The notes under the pieces: model-generated
What the model saw: only the letters and a program-made list of their open reading frames with translations
The model's database searches: none
What the model was told of the DNA's origin: nothing
Shown here: piece after piece, positions 9,932 through 19,592 of the stretch
Numbering within the stretch: the first letter of the stretch is position 1
Layout: every line of letters starts with the position of its first letter
Source: an uncultured delta proteobacterium
GTDB taxonomy: Bacteria; Desulfobacterota; Binatia; UBA9968
Length of the DNA: 64,000 nucleotides
NCBI GenBank assembly: GCA_963727625.1
Contig: CAVSHR010000009.1
Coordinates: 416,001-480,000, forward strand
Direction: 5' to 3'
Position numbers and translations under genes: made by a program

Positions 9932-10061
9932 GCCTCCAAGATCAAATTGAATCGACTGGTTTCCTGTCAAATTTTGCCAAGCTTATCCCTGCCTCGGCAA
10001 ACTAGTCAAGGCGGCGGCGCACGACTTGTCTCGGTCCGATCAGAAACGTATATTCACCGCC

Positions 10062-10379
10062 ATGAACCTCAAAACGGGATCGAATGTAGTCGCAAATCTC
10101 ATCACGATCGGGCGAAAAACCAGAGAGCGGCGCACTGTGGAACTGCGTTTTCTTTATTTAAATGGGAATTTTTACGCTACCTCGAGCAAGATTCAAGGCA
10201 AGCACTGGTGTCAAAACCTGATCAAGAATCCCGCCGTCGAAATTAGCCTCAAAGGTGAGAAGCTGTCGTGCGTGGGCAAGCAAGTAACGGACGAAGCGCT
10301 GCGAAAGCAAATCCTGACCTTGCGCGACTCACCGCCGCAGCTCGACCGAGTCGTGTTCGAAATCCAGCCGCAGGGTTAG
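10062..10379 (+). CDS. Deazaflavin-dependent nitroreductase (DDN)-like split-barrel protein
   Basis: LITIGRKTRERR and WCQNLIKNPAVEI motifs. Confidence 0.65.
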   Translation: MNLKTGSNVVANLITIGRKTRERRTVELRFLYLNGNFYATSSKIQGKHWCQNLIKNPAVEISLKGEKLSCVGKQVTDEALRKQILTLRDSPPQLDRVVFEIQPQG

Positions 10380-10382
10380 CGC

Positions 10383-11273
10383 TTAACCGTGGCTCAGGAT
10401 AAAAACCCCGAAGACGATTAGCGCCGCGGCGAAGCCGTCGCGCAGCGTCACGACTTCGATGCCTCTCAGAGTGAAATGAGCCAGGGCGAAGGTGACCAGT
10501 GGCGAAATCCGCCAGATCGGCGACAAAAGCGCCGCCGGTCCATAGCCCAAGGCGAAAAAGCTAAACATCGAGCCCAGCGCTTCGGTGACACCTGCCAGCA
10601 TGAGTAGAATCAACCCCGGCGCTGGGATGCGCTCCCAGGTGGGCTTCAACCCCATAAACTTACCCAACAACAGCATAAACAGCAGAGCCGTAGTCTGGGT
10701 GATCAGTGCTCCGAGTATGGGCAGGTTGGCCGCGTTCACGCCGATCTTTTTAAAGATCGGATTAATACCGAAACAGAGGGCGGCGATGATTGGAAATGAC
10801 AAGTAGCGCAACCGGCCGACACTGCGCTTTTCAGTTGGTTTAGCCTGCGATATCACCGCGATGCCCGCGATGATGGCGAGCACGCCCGCGATGATGAAGC
10901 CATTTACCTCCTCGCCGAGAAACACGACGGCGAGAATTGCCGTCAACAGCGGCGAGCTGTTTTTGACCGCCGCGGCTTTCGACGCGCCGACCTTATCGAT
11001 GCCGCGGTAGAAAAATACCTTGCCGAAGCTGGCCCCGACTGCGCCGGCAAGAAAAAACGACCAGAATGCCCGGCCGGAAAAATCCACCGCGCCGATCTCG
11101 CCGTAATAAGCCGCCAAGCCGGCGAGCAAAAGCACCGCGACATGCTGCTGCACCAGTGTGGCGTTGCTGACGTGGGTGTAGCGGATGCCGCGCTTGAGCA
11201 GCAGCGGGCTCAACCCCCAAAGCACACCCGCCAACAAGGCGTAGGCGATGCCGATCTGCAGTTCCGCGCTCAC
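10383..11273 (-). CDS. EamA/DMT family transporter
   Basis: About ten hydrophobic segments in two repeats; LAVVFLGE. Confidence 0.88.
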   Translation of the reverse strand: MSAELQIGIAYALLAGVLWGLSPLLLKRGIRYTHVSNATLVQQHVAVLLLAGLAAYYGEIGAVDFSGRAFWSFFLAGAVGASFGKVFFYRGIDKVGASKAAAVKNSSPLLTAILAVVFLGEEVNGFIIAGVLAIIAGIAVISQAKPTEKRSVGRLRYLSFPIIAALCFGINPIFKKIGVNAANLPILGALITQTTALLFMLLLGKFMGLKPTWERIPAPGLILLMLAGVTEALGSMFSFFALGYGPAALLSPIWRISPLVTFALAHFTLRGIEVVTLRDGFAAALIVFGVFILSHG

Positions 11274-11291
11274 TCGTGGAAAAAACCCGGG

Positions 11292-11507
11292 TTACTTCTT
11301 GCTCTCCTGTTCGGTCATTTTTTTCTCGATGCTCTCGGCGCCCTTTTGCATGCCTTCCACCATCGCTTTCTCTTTTTGCATGCCTTCTTGAATCGCCTTC
11401 TGCGCTTCGGCCGCCTTGTCCGCGGACTCCTGCTTGTCACCGCCGCAAGCCGATAGCCCGAACAGCATTCCCACGATAACTGTCATGCGTACAAATTGTT
11501 TCATCAT
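11292..11507 (-). CDS. Small lipoprotein
   Basis: Signal peptide with LSAC lipobox; charged helical body with EGMQK twice; GGAGG RBS. Confidence 0.75.
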   Translation of the reverse strand: MMKQFVRMTVIVGMLFGLSACGGDKQESADKAAEAQKAIQEGMQKEKAMVEGMQKGAESIEKKMTEQESKK

Positions 11508-11631
11508 GCCTCCCGAAATTTCCCGTAATCTGTACTAGTTATCAGGTTTCCACCCGAAGTGAAAACCTTCGTCACAGGGATACCGCGCGGGCACTTTTTT
11601 TTGCCCCGTCATTTGTTATGGTTAGTCAGCT

Positions 11632-12462
11632 ATGCTGAAGCAGTTTTGGGCCGCAACAATTTCCGCCGCCGTTCTTCCGCTGCTTTTATTTGCGTCTCCG
11701 TCGGCGCAAGCGCAAGCCAAAATCGGCGTCACGCTCACCGTGACTCATGCGGGAACCTGGACAACTATTCAAAAAGGTGTCGAGTTCCACAAGATCATCC
11801 TGGAGCGCACCGAGCCGGGCTACGAGATTGAATTGAAGGTTTTCCGCCTCGACAGCCGATTTATCGTTCCACGGGTGCTCTATGCCGGGCAGTTTCAGTT
11901 GAAATCGGCGGATGCGAAAACCTTCGCCGAAAAAACCGGCGCCATCGCGGCGATCAACGCCAACTACTTCGACGACAAAGGCCGCCCGCTGGCGTACTTG
12001 AAAACCGCCGAAAAGGAAATCAACCGCTTGGTCTCCAAGCACCGGCTTTACACCGGCGTCTTCGGTTTGGGCAAAGCCGGGCCGTTCGTGACTCATCGCG
12101 ACGATTTTCAACCGGCCCAAGCTAGTCAAGCGCTGCAATCCGGCCCCCTGCTCTTGCATCTGGGCGCCGCCGTCGCAGGGATGGGCGGCTCGACGCGTTC
12201 CGCCCGGCGCAGCGTCATCGGCATCGATAGAGACAACCGCGTCCTGATCGGCGTCACCGACGCGGTGATCGGCGGCCTGGGCTTTGCGGAGTTACAAGAG
12301 CTATTTAGCCACTCCAAGTTGCAATTGGAGGCTGTCGAACTGTTGAACCTCGATGGCGGCGGCTCGTCGCAGATCTATGTTAAATCAGGCAAGTTCGAAG
12401 AATGGCTCCCCGGCACCACCGAGGTCCCGGTGGCCATCGGTTTTTTTAATAAACCAAACTGA
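11632..12462 (+). CDS. Phosphodiester glycosidase (NAGPA-like) family protein
   Basis: Signal peptide; AAINANYF, QSGPLL, RSVIG and NLDGGGSSQ motifs. Confidence 0.88.
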   Translation: MLKQFWAATISAAVLPLLLFASPSAQAQAKIGVTLTVTHAGTWTTIQKGVEFHKIILERTEPGYEIELKVFRLDSRFIVPRVLYAGQFQLKSADAKTFAEKTGAIAAINANYFDDKGRPLAYLKTAEKEINRLVSKHRLYTGVFGLGKAGPFVTHRDDFQPAQASQALQSGPLLLHLGAAVAGMGGSTRSARRSVIGIDRDNRVLIGVTDAVIGGLGFAELQELFSHSKLQLEAVELLNLDGGGSSQIYVKSGKFEEWLPGTTEVPVAIGFFNKPN

Positions 12463-12532
12463 TCCACGTGATCGCCAATAAGGGCCTTTTTGACGACGAA
12501 CGCTCTGACGCGCAGCCGCGGAGCAAACCTTT

Positions 12533-12630
12533 CCCGCCAAGTTCGCCAAACACGCAAAGGCCACCCAAACCGAAGCCCAGAGGATTGGGTCCCTTAACTT
12601 GGCGGTCTTTGCGAGCTTTGCGCGAGATAA
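12533..12630. repeat. REP-like inverted repeat between convergent genes
   Basis: ccgccaagtt...cgcaaag mirrored by aacttggcgg...ctttgcg. Confidence 0.55.
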
Positions 12631-12748
12631 TCCGGGGTTTGCTTGCCGCTTGGCGCCGGGTCTTTCGCGGTCAAGCTTATCGAACTATTCTTGGAGAAGA
12701 CCGCATGTTTTGACGGTCATCGCCCGCTCCGAAGACGGGATTTGACCG

Positions 12749-14191
12749 CTAATCGAGAGAGGAAAACGCCGCGCGGCTCAAGTCGAGGGCGGTTGCCGGC
12801 AGGATGCCGAGATAGATGGTGCCGGCCAAAGCCAGGGCGATGGCGATATAAACATAGGGCGCTTGTCTGAAGCTCTTCCCTTCGGCGCCGCCCTCTTCCA
12901 TATACATCGCGACGATCACGCGCAGGTAATAAATCACCGACAGCAAACTGTTGAGCACGCCGATGACCGCCAAATTGAGTTGGCCGGACAGCACCGCGCC
13001 GCGGAAGATATAAAATTTTCCGACGAAACCGGCCAGCGGCGGGAAACCTGCGAGGGACAGCATAAAGACCGCCATGGCCAAGCCGAGAAAGGGCCGCTTG
13101 AATCCTAGTCCTGCAAAGTCGCGGTAACCCTCGTGCGGATCGTCGCCCTCGGCGAGGGAGCTCAGCACGGCAAAGGCGCCGACGGTCATAAACGCGTAGG
13201 CCAGGAGATAAAACAGCAACGGCATGCCGCCCCATTCCTCGCCGATAACCACGCCGATCAGCAAATAGCCGGCGTGCGCGATGCTCGAGTAGGCAAGCAT
13301 GCGTTTCACGCTGATCTGGCCGATAGCGAGGAGGTTGCCAAGCGTCATCGTGCCGATGGCGATAATCCACAAAGGAAAAACCCAGTCACCGTTGAGGGGC
13401 GACAGCTGGTGCATCAAGAAGCGCGCCCAGGCCGCGAACGCGGCCGCTTTTACCGCCACCGACATAAAGCCGCTCACCGGCGTCGGCGCTCCATCGTAGA
13501 CATCGGGAACCCAGAAATGAAACGGCACGGCGCCGACTTTAAAGGCAAAGCCGATCAGCAAGAGAAATCCGCCGCCGACCAAATAAAGCGGCCAATCCGC
13601 CGGTTGCCCGAGCAGATAATCGGCGATGACATTGAGATTGGTCGATCCGGTGGCGCCGTAAATCAAGGCGATGCCGTAGAGCAAGAAGCCGGTGGCGAAG
13701 GCGCCCATGAGAAAGTATTTCATCGCCGCTTCGCTCGACCGGCTGCTCGAGCGCCACATGCCGGTGAGCACGTACACGGCGATCGACATGGTTTCCAAGC
13801 CGAGGAAGAACACCAGCAAGTCATTGGCCGCGGCCATGACCATCATGCCGGCGGTGGCGAAAAGGATCAGGGCATAAAACTCGCCCTCGTGGATCGCCGC
13901 CTGGCGGATGTAGTGAATCGACGAAAGGATGGTCAGTGCGGCGACGATGAGAAAAATCAGCGAGAAAAATAGCGCGAAGTTGTCCAGCAACACGGCATCG
14001 CTAAAGCCGCCATCCCTTGTGCCCCACAGGGCCACCGACTCGGCGGCGGCGAGGCCGATGCCGACAAAACTGATGAACGCCAGAAATCCCTTGGTCTTTT
14101 GCTCTTCGATAAACAGATCGCGCAACACCACGACCAGCGCCGTGAGCAGCACTTGAATAGCCGGTAACAGCGGCAATAGGTTAACGTCCAT
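12749..14191 (-). CDS. nuoN: NADH-quinone oxidoreductase subunit N
   Basis: EAAMKYF, FKVGAVPFHFWVPDVY, KRMLAYSSIAH, SLAGFPPLAGF. Confidence 0.97.
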   Translation of the reverse strand: MDVNLLPLLPAIQVLLTALVVVLRDLFIEEQKTKGFLAFISFVGIGLAAAESVALWGTRDGGFSDAVLLDNFALFFSLIFLIVAALTILSSIHYIRQAAIHEGEFYALILFATAGMMVMAAANDLLVFFLGLETMSIAVYVLTGMWRSSSRSSEAAMKYFLMGAFATGFLLYGIALIYGATGSTNLNVIADYLLGQPADWPLYLVGGGFLLLIGFAFKVGAVPFHFWVPDVYDGAPTPVSGFMSVAVKAAAFAAWARFLMHQLSPLNGDWVFPLWIIAIGTMTLGNLLAIGQISVKRMLAYSSIAHAGYLLIGVVIGEEWGGMPLLFYLLAYAFMTVGAFAVLSSLAEGDDPHEGYRDFAGLGFKRPFLGLAMAVFMLSLAGFPPLAGFVGKFYIFRGAVLSGQLNLAVIGVLNSLLSVIYYLRVIVAMYMEEGGAEGKSFRQAPYVYIAIALALAGTIYLGILPATALDLSRAAFSSLD

Positions 14192-15716
14192 TGGGCTTCG
14201 ATTCTCCGCTGCTCGCCGGCGCGTTGTTCGCGGGCTCGGCGGGAACCATGGTAATTTTTTTCAAGGTCAGCTCGACGGCCGGTTTCATCCGCTGCAAAAA
14301 CGGCTGCGGGTAGACGCCCAGGAGGACGATCAGAAGCAGGATCGGCGCGAGCAACAATATCTCCCGCGCGTTTAAATCCGCCAGTTTTTCATTGGCGGGA
14401 TTTTTAAGTGGTCCGAAGATCACCCGACGGTACATCCACAGCATGTAGATAGCGCCGAGGATGACACCGCTGGTAGCCGCCGCGGTCCAACCCGGAGTGG
14501 CGCTGAAAGCGCCGAGCAAGATCAAAAATTCGCCGACGAAGCCGTTTAAACCCGGAAGGCCGATGGACGAAAAGATCACCACCAGCAAGATCGCGGAGAA
14601 CAGCGGCATCTGCTTCCACAGACCGCCGAAGTCGTCGATCACACGCGTATGGCGGCGGTCGTAAATCATGCCGACGAGCAGAAACAGCGCGCCGGTGGAC
14701 AGGCCGTGATTGATCATCTGATAAACCGCGCCTTGCACGCCCTGCATGTTGAAGACGAACAGGCCAAGCATAACGAAACCGAGGTGGCTGACCGAAGAAT
14801 AGGCCACGAGTTTTTTAATATCGCTTTGCATCATCGCCACTAGAGCGCCGTAGATGATCCCGATCACGGCCAGAGCGACGATCACCGGCGCCGCGGCCGC
14901 CGCGGCCTCGGGAAACAGCGGGATGGCAAAGCGCAGAAAGCCGTAGGTGCCAAGCTTGAGCAGAACACCTGCGAGGATCACCGACCCCGCCGTCGGCGCC
15001 TCGACGTGGGCGTCGGGCAGCCAGGTGTGAAACGGAAAGAGCGGCACCTTGATCGCAAAGGACAGGGCGAAGACAAAAAACAGCCAGGCTTGTTGGTCGA
15101 AGGTCAGATGCATGCCGTAGAGCTTCAGCAGATCGAAGGTTAACACCTGCTCCAGCTCGGCGTGGCGCGCCGCCAGGTAAATGATCCCGACCAGCATCAG
15201 CAAGCTGCCGGCCATGGTGTAGATGACGAACTTGAGCGCCGCGTAGATACGCCGCGGACCGCCCCACACGCCGATGAGAAAATACATCGGCACCAGCATG
15301 ACTTCCCAAAACACGTAAAACAGAAACAGGTCGAGCGCGACAAACGCCCCGAGCATGCCGGTCTCGAGGAGCAGCATGAAAATGAGATACTCCTTGACCT
15401 TGTCTTTCACCGACCAGGAGGCCAGGATCGCGATCGGCATGAGCAAGGTCGTGAGCAGCACCAAGAACAGGCTGATGCCGTCGATGCCGACGATGTATTC
15501 GATGCCGAAGGAGGGCATCCACGGGATGCGCTCGACGAATTGCATTGCCCCGCTGCTGCCGTCAAAGGCGCTAAAGATTTTCACCGACCAGAGAAAATTG
15601 AGCGAGCCGGCGATGAACGCCAGAGAAAACAGCGCCCCGCTGCTGCGCCGCGGCACGAGCAGGAGCAAACCGGCCCCAATGACGGGCACTGCCAATAATA
15701 CGCTGAGATTTCCCAT
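14181..15716 (-). CDS. nuoM: NADH-quinone oxidoreductase subunit M
   Basis: FYVFWEVMLVPM, KVPLFPFHTWLPDAHVEAP, AYSSVSH. Confidence 0.97.
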   Translation of the reverse strand: MGNLSVLLAVPVIGAGLLLLVPRRSSGALFSLAFIAGSLNFLWSVKIFSAFDGSSGAMQFVERIPWMPSFGIEYIVGIDGISLFLVLLTTLLMPIAILASWSVKDKVKEYLIFMLLLETGMLGAFVALDLFLFYVFWEVMLVPMYFLIGVWGGPRRIYAALKFVIYTMAGSLLMLVGIIYLAARHAELEQVLTFDLLKLYGMHLTFDQQAWLFFVFALSFAIKVPLFPFHTWLPDAHVEAPTAGSVILAGVLLKLGTYGFLRFAIPLFPEAAAAAAPVIVALAVIGIIYGALVAMMQSDIKKLVAYSSVSHLGFVMLGLFVFNMQGVQGAVYQMINHGLSTGALFLLVGMIYDRRHTRVIDDFGGLWKQMPLFSAILLVVIFSSIGLPGLNGFVGEFLILLGAFSATPGWTAAATSGVILGAIYMLWMYRRVIFGPLKNPANEKLADLNAREILLLAPILLLIVLLGVYPQPFLQRMKPAVELTLKKITMVPAEPANNAPASSGESKPNGR

Positions 15717-15733
15717 GGCAAGTCAGAGCATTT

Positions 15734-17653
15734 TTACAATTGGCCGATGTAGTACGCTAACAGCGCCAGCGTGCCCACGAGGAAGCCGGCCACGTAGTGC
15801 TGCACATTACCGGTCTGCAGGCCGCGCCAGATCCAGCCGAGCCCGCGCACGGTGGCGGCGACCCCGTTTACCGTGCCGTCAATCGCCCAGGGATCGATAA
15901 AATAGGCGAAGAAACGCGCGCAGGCGGTAAACGGTCGCACGAAAACCCGGTCATAGAGCTCGTCGACATAAAATTTATTGAACGACAGACGATAGAGCAG
16001 GCCGCCGACGCCTTGCTCGACTCTTGCACCCGCCCTGGCATACCTGGCGTAAGCCAAGTATATGCCCGCCGCGACCACAGCCAGGGTCAGCAACGTCACC
16101 AGCAGCTCCGTGCCGAGCGAGCCGCGATGCGCTTCCGCAGCACCGAATAACGGTTGCAACCAGTGATCCCAGCGGCTGCCCCAGAGATATTCCGGCGCGC
16201 CCAACCAGCCGGTGAAAATCGAGCCGGCAGCGAGAATAATGAGCGGCAGCGTCATAACCGCCGGCGATTCGTGCAGATGAGCCTTGGCGTGATCGTCGGC
16301 ATGACAGTCGCCGTGAAACACCATGAACAGTTGGCGAAACATGTAAAACGCGGTCAAGCCGGCGGTCACCAAACCGATGCCCCAGAGTACCATCGCGCCC
16401 TGGCTGAAGGTTTGCCACAAAATTAAATCCTTCGAGAAGAAGCCAGCGGTGAAGGGTATGCCGGCAATCGCCAGGGTGGCGATCACATAGGTCCAATAAG
16501 TCTTGGGCAGGTAAGCCTTGAGGCCGCCCATCTTGCGCATGTCCTGCTCGCCGCCAAGCGCGTGGATCACGCTGCCTGAGCCGAGAAACAGGCAGCCTTT
16601 GAAAAATGCATGAGTAAAGACGTGAAAGATCGCCGCGCTGAACGCGCCCATGCCGACGGCGAGAAACATATAACCGAGCTGGCTCACCGTCGAATAGGCG
16701 AGGACTTTTTTAATATCGTTTTGAGTCAGCGCGATGGTCGCGGCGAGGATTGCCGTCGCCGCGCCGATCCAGGCAATCAGCGCCAATGTCGCGGGCGCCA
16801 GGCTGAAAAGAAAATGCAATCGCGCGGCCATGTAGACGCCGGCGGTGACCATAGTGGCGGCGTGAATCAGCGCGCTCACCGGCGTCGGTCCGGCCATGGC
16901 GTCGGGCAGCCAGACGAACAACGGGATCTGCGCCGATTTGCCGGTGGCGCCGACGAAAAGCAAAAGGGTAATCAAGCCGATCATCGACGGGCTGAGCAGC
17001 TGCACATGCTTTTGCAGCTCGGCAAAATCGAGCGTCCAGATGCCCTGGCGGCCGAGTTCGGTGACAAGCAGAAAAATCCCCAAGATAAAACCGAAATCGC
17101 CGATGCGATTGACAATGAATGCCTTGTTGCCGGCGATCGCATTGTTGGGATCCTGATACCAAAAACCGATCAACAGATAAGAGCACAGGCCGACGCCTTC
17201 CCAGCCGACGAACAGCAACAACAAATTATCGCCCATCACCAGCACGAGCATGAAGAAAATAAACAGATTGAGATAGACGAAAAAACGCACACTGTCGTCG
17301 TCATGACCCATATAACCGAGGGAATAAACGTGAATGAGAAAGCCGACGCCGGTGACGATCAGCAGCATGACCGCGGTCAGGGCGTCGACTGCGAAAGCTA
17401 GGTTTACCTGGAAGGCGCCGGACTCGATCCAGGTGTAAACCAGATCGCGGTAAACTCCTGTCGAGGGCAATTGTAAGAAAACGTAGAAGGCGAGCGCGAA
17501 CGATGCGCCCACCGCAGCGCAGGCCAAGGCGCCGGCGCGCTGGCGGCCCAGCATCCGGCCGCAAAAAAGATTGACCACGCTGCCGAGCAGCGGGATCAGC
17601 GGGATCCAGCGCAAAAGATCGTAGGTTGCCGCGCCCGGCTCGGAAGCTACCAT
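15734..17653 (-). CDS. nuoL: NADH-quinone oxidoreductase subunit L
   Basis: GWEGVGLCSY, KSAQIPLFVWLPDAMAGPTPVSALIHAATMV, HAFFK. Confidence 0.97.
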   Translation of the reverse strand: MVASEPGAATYDLLRWIPLIPLLGSVVNLFCGRMLGRQRAGALACAAVGASFALAFYVFLQLPSTGVYRDLVYTWIESGAFQVNLAFAVDALTAVMLLIVTGVGFLIHVYSLGYMGHDDDSVRFFVYLNLFIFFMLVLVMGDNLLLLFVGWEGVGLCSYLLIGFWYQDPNNAIAGNKAFIVNRIGDFGFILGIFLLVTELGRQGIWTLDFAELQKHVQLLSPSMIGLITLLLFVGATGKSAQIPLFVWLPDAMAGPTPVSALIHAATMVTAGVYMAARLHFLFSLAPATLALIAWIGAATAILAATIALTQNDIKKVLAYSTVSQLGYMFLAVGMGAFSAAIFHVFTHAFFKGCLFLGSGSVIHALGGEQDMRKMGGLKAYLPKTYWTYVIATLAIAGIPFTAGFFSKDLILWQTFSQGAMVLWGIGLVTAGLTAFYMFRQLFMVFHGDCHADDHAKAHLHESPAVMTLPLIILAAGSIFTGWLGAPEYLWGSRWDHWLQPLFGAAEAHRGSLGTELLVTLLTLAVVAAGIYLAYARYARAGARVEQGVGGLLYRLSFNKFYVDELYDRVFVRPFTACARFFAYFIDPWAIDGTVNGVAATVRGLGWIWRGLQTGNVQHYVAGFLVGTLALLAYYIGQL

Positions 17654-17949
17654 TTGAGTAAGTGCATCTCCTGCGGATCAAGGCTCTGGCGGTGGCGGAA
17701 GACTGCGATAATGATCGCCAGGCCAATGACGGCTTCAGCGGCGGCGACGGCCATCACGAAAAACACCGCCACCTGACCTTCCATCGAGCCGAGAAAGCGG
17801 GAAAAGGCGATGAAGGTCAGGTTCACCGCGTTGAGCATCAATTCGATGGACATCAAAACGACGATCAAATTGCGGCGGATCAGCACGCCGATCACGCCGA
17901 TGGCGAACATTGCCGCGCTCAGAATCAAATAATAGTTGAGCGGCACCAT
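17647..17949 (-). CDS. nuoK: NADH-quinone oxidoreductase subunit K
   Basis: RRNLIVVLMSIELMLNAVN and AAAEAVIGLA. Confidence 0.97.
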   Translation of the reverse strand: MVPLNYYLILSAAMFAIGVIGVLIRRNLIVVLMSIELMLNAVNLTFIAFSRFLGSMEGQVAVFFVMAVAAAEAVIGLAIIIAVFRHRQSLDPQEMHLLKW

Positions 17950-17954
17950 TGGCG

Positions 17955-18449
17955 TCAGTGCTCCCGCTTCGCCAGCACCACCGCGCCGACGATCGCCACC
18001 AATAACAATACCGAGGCGATCTCGAAGGGCAGCACAAAATCGTTAAACAGGCTCTTGGCCAACATCTCCGGGCTGCCGAAGATGTTGGTGGCGGCCACCG
18101 GGTCGCCTGCCGTTTCGGTTTTGCTAAACATCGCGACGAGCAGACCGCCCAGCAGCAAAGCCAGCAAACTGCCCAGACTCCACCAGGCCGGCCGGCGCTG
18201 TTCCGGCGTGGTCGGATTGAGAAGCATGATCACAAAAAGAAACAACACCATGATGGCGCCAGCGTAGACCATGACCTGAAGCACGCCGACCATCGGCGCT
18301 TGCAACGTGACGAACAACACTGCGACGATTAACAACGCCGCCACCAGCGCCATGGCGCAGTGGACCACGTTGCGCAGGTAAACCACCAGCAGCGAAGAGA
18401 GCAGCAACAGGCCGGCAAGAACGAAAAAAATCAGCGTTGAAGCATCCAT
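17955..18449 (-). CDS. nuoJ: NADH-quinone oxidoreductase subunit J
   Basis: VYAGAIMVLFLFVIMLL and PFEIASVLLL. Confidence 0.97.
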   Translation of the reverse strand: MDASTLIFFVLAGLLLLSSLLVVYLRNVVHCAMALVAALLIVAVLFVTLQAPMVGVLQVMVYAGAIMVLFLFVIMLLNPTTPEQRRPAWWSLGSLLALLLGGLLVAMFSKTETAGDPVAATNIFGSPEMLAKSLFNDFVLPFEIASVLLLVAIVGAVVLAKREH

Positions 18450-18461
18450 GACAACGATACT

Positions 18462-19592
18462 TTACTGCGCGGCGACGATCACAATCGCCGTAACCACGAC
18501 ATTGAATAGCGCCAGCGGCAGGAGCATTTTCCAGCCCAGGCGCATGACCTGGTCGTAGCGAAAGCGCGGCACGCTCCAGCGCAGGAGTATTTGCAGCCAG
18601 CAGAAAAAAAGCACTTTCACGGTAAACGCGCCGACTTGCAAAACGACCACGCCAAGCTGCGGCAGGAGCCACTGGCCGCCCCAGGGAAAATGAAAACCGT
18701 CGCGCAGCAGATAAGGCACCTGCCAGCCGCCGAAGAACAGCGTGACGACCAGAGCTGAAACGGTGACGATCTCGGCGAATTCCGCGGCGAAAAACATGAG
18801 AAATTTGCCGCCGGAATATTCGACGTGGTAGCCGGCGACGAGCTCCGATTCGCCTTCCGGTAAATCGAACGGGATGCGCTTGGTCTCCGCCACCGCCGCG
18901 GTGAAAAACAACAAAAACGCCAGAGGCTGGAGAAAAATTCCCCAGGCGGGCAGCCAGCCGACCAGCGGCTGCAATAACCCCAGCCACTGCGGCAGCAAGT
19001 CGCGGATCAAAGTGCCCTGGCCGCGGGCGATCTCCTGCAAATCCAAGGTGCCGTAAACCATCAGGATACCCATCACCGAGAGCCCCATGGCGACCTCGTA
19101 GGAGATCATCTGCGCCGATCCTCGCACGCCGCCGAGCAAGGAAAATTTATTATTCGAGGCCCAGGCGCCGATGACGATGCCGTAAACACCGAGGGAACCC
19201 ATCGCGAAGACGTAAAGAATCCCGACGTTGATATCGGCGACTTGCAGATTGATCACGCGGTCGCCGAGGTTGAGAACGTCGCCGAAAGGAATCACCGCGA
19301 AGGTCACCAGCGCCGGAAACAGCGCCATGCAGGGCGCCAGCGTGTGGAGCAATTTGTCTCCCGCCGGCGGAATAAAATCCTCTTTAGTAAGAAACTTGAG
19401 CGGGTCGGCGATCAGCGTGTTCACCAGGCCCAAACCGGCGAAGCCGAAGATGGAGGCGCGGTTGGCGCCGATGCGATCTTGAATCAGCGCGCTGCCCTTG
19501 CGTTCAATCCAGCCGAGCACGCCGGCCAGATTGAGAACCATAAAGACAACCAGAAACGCTTTCGCCGCGATAATCGCCAGGTCAACGATCAT
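18462..19592 (-). CDS. nuoH: NADH-quinone oxidoreductase subunit H
   Basis: ERK...QDRIG, AQMISYE, PFDLPEGESELVAGY, PRFRYDQ. Confidence 0.97.
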   Translation of the reverse strand: MIVDLAIIAAKAFLVVFMVLNLAGVLGWIERKGSALIQDRIGANRASIFGFAGLGLVNTLIADPLKFLTKEDFIPPAGDKLLHTLAPCMALFPALVTFAVIPFGDVLNLGDRVINLQVADINVGILYVFAMGSLGVYGIVIGAWASNNKFSLLGGVRGSAQMISYEVAMGLSVMGILMVYGTLDLQEIARGQGTLIRDLLPQWLGLLQPLVGWLPAWGIFLQPLAFLLFFTAAVAETKRIPFDLPEGESELVAGYHVEYSGGKFLMFFAAEFAEIVTVSALVVTLFFGGWQVPYLLRDGFHFPWGGQWLLPQLGVVVLQVGAFTVKVLFFCWLQILLRWSVPRFRYDQVMRLGWKMLLPLALFNVVVTAIVIVAAQ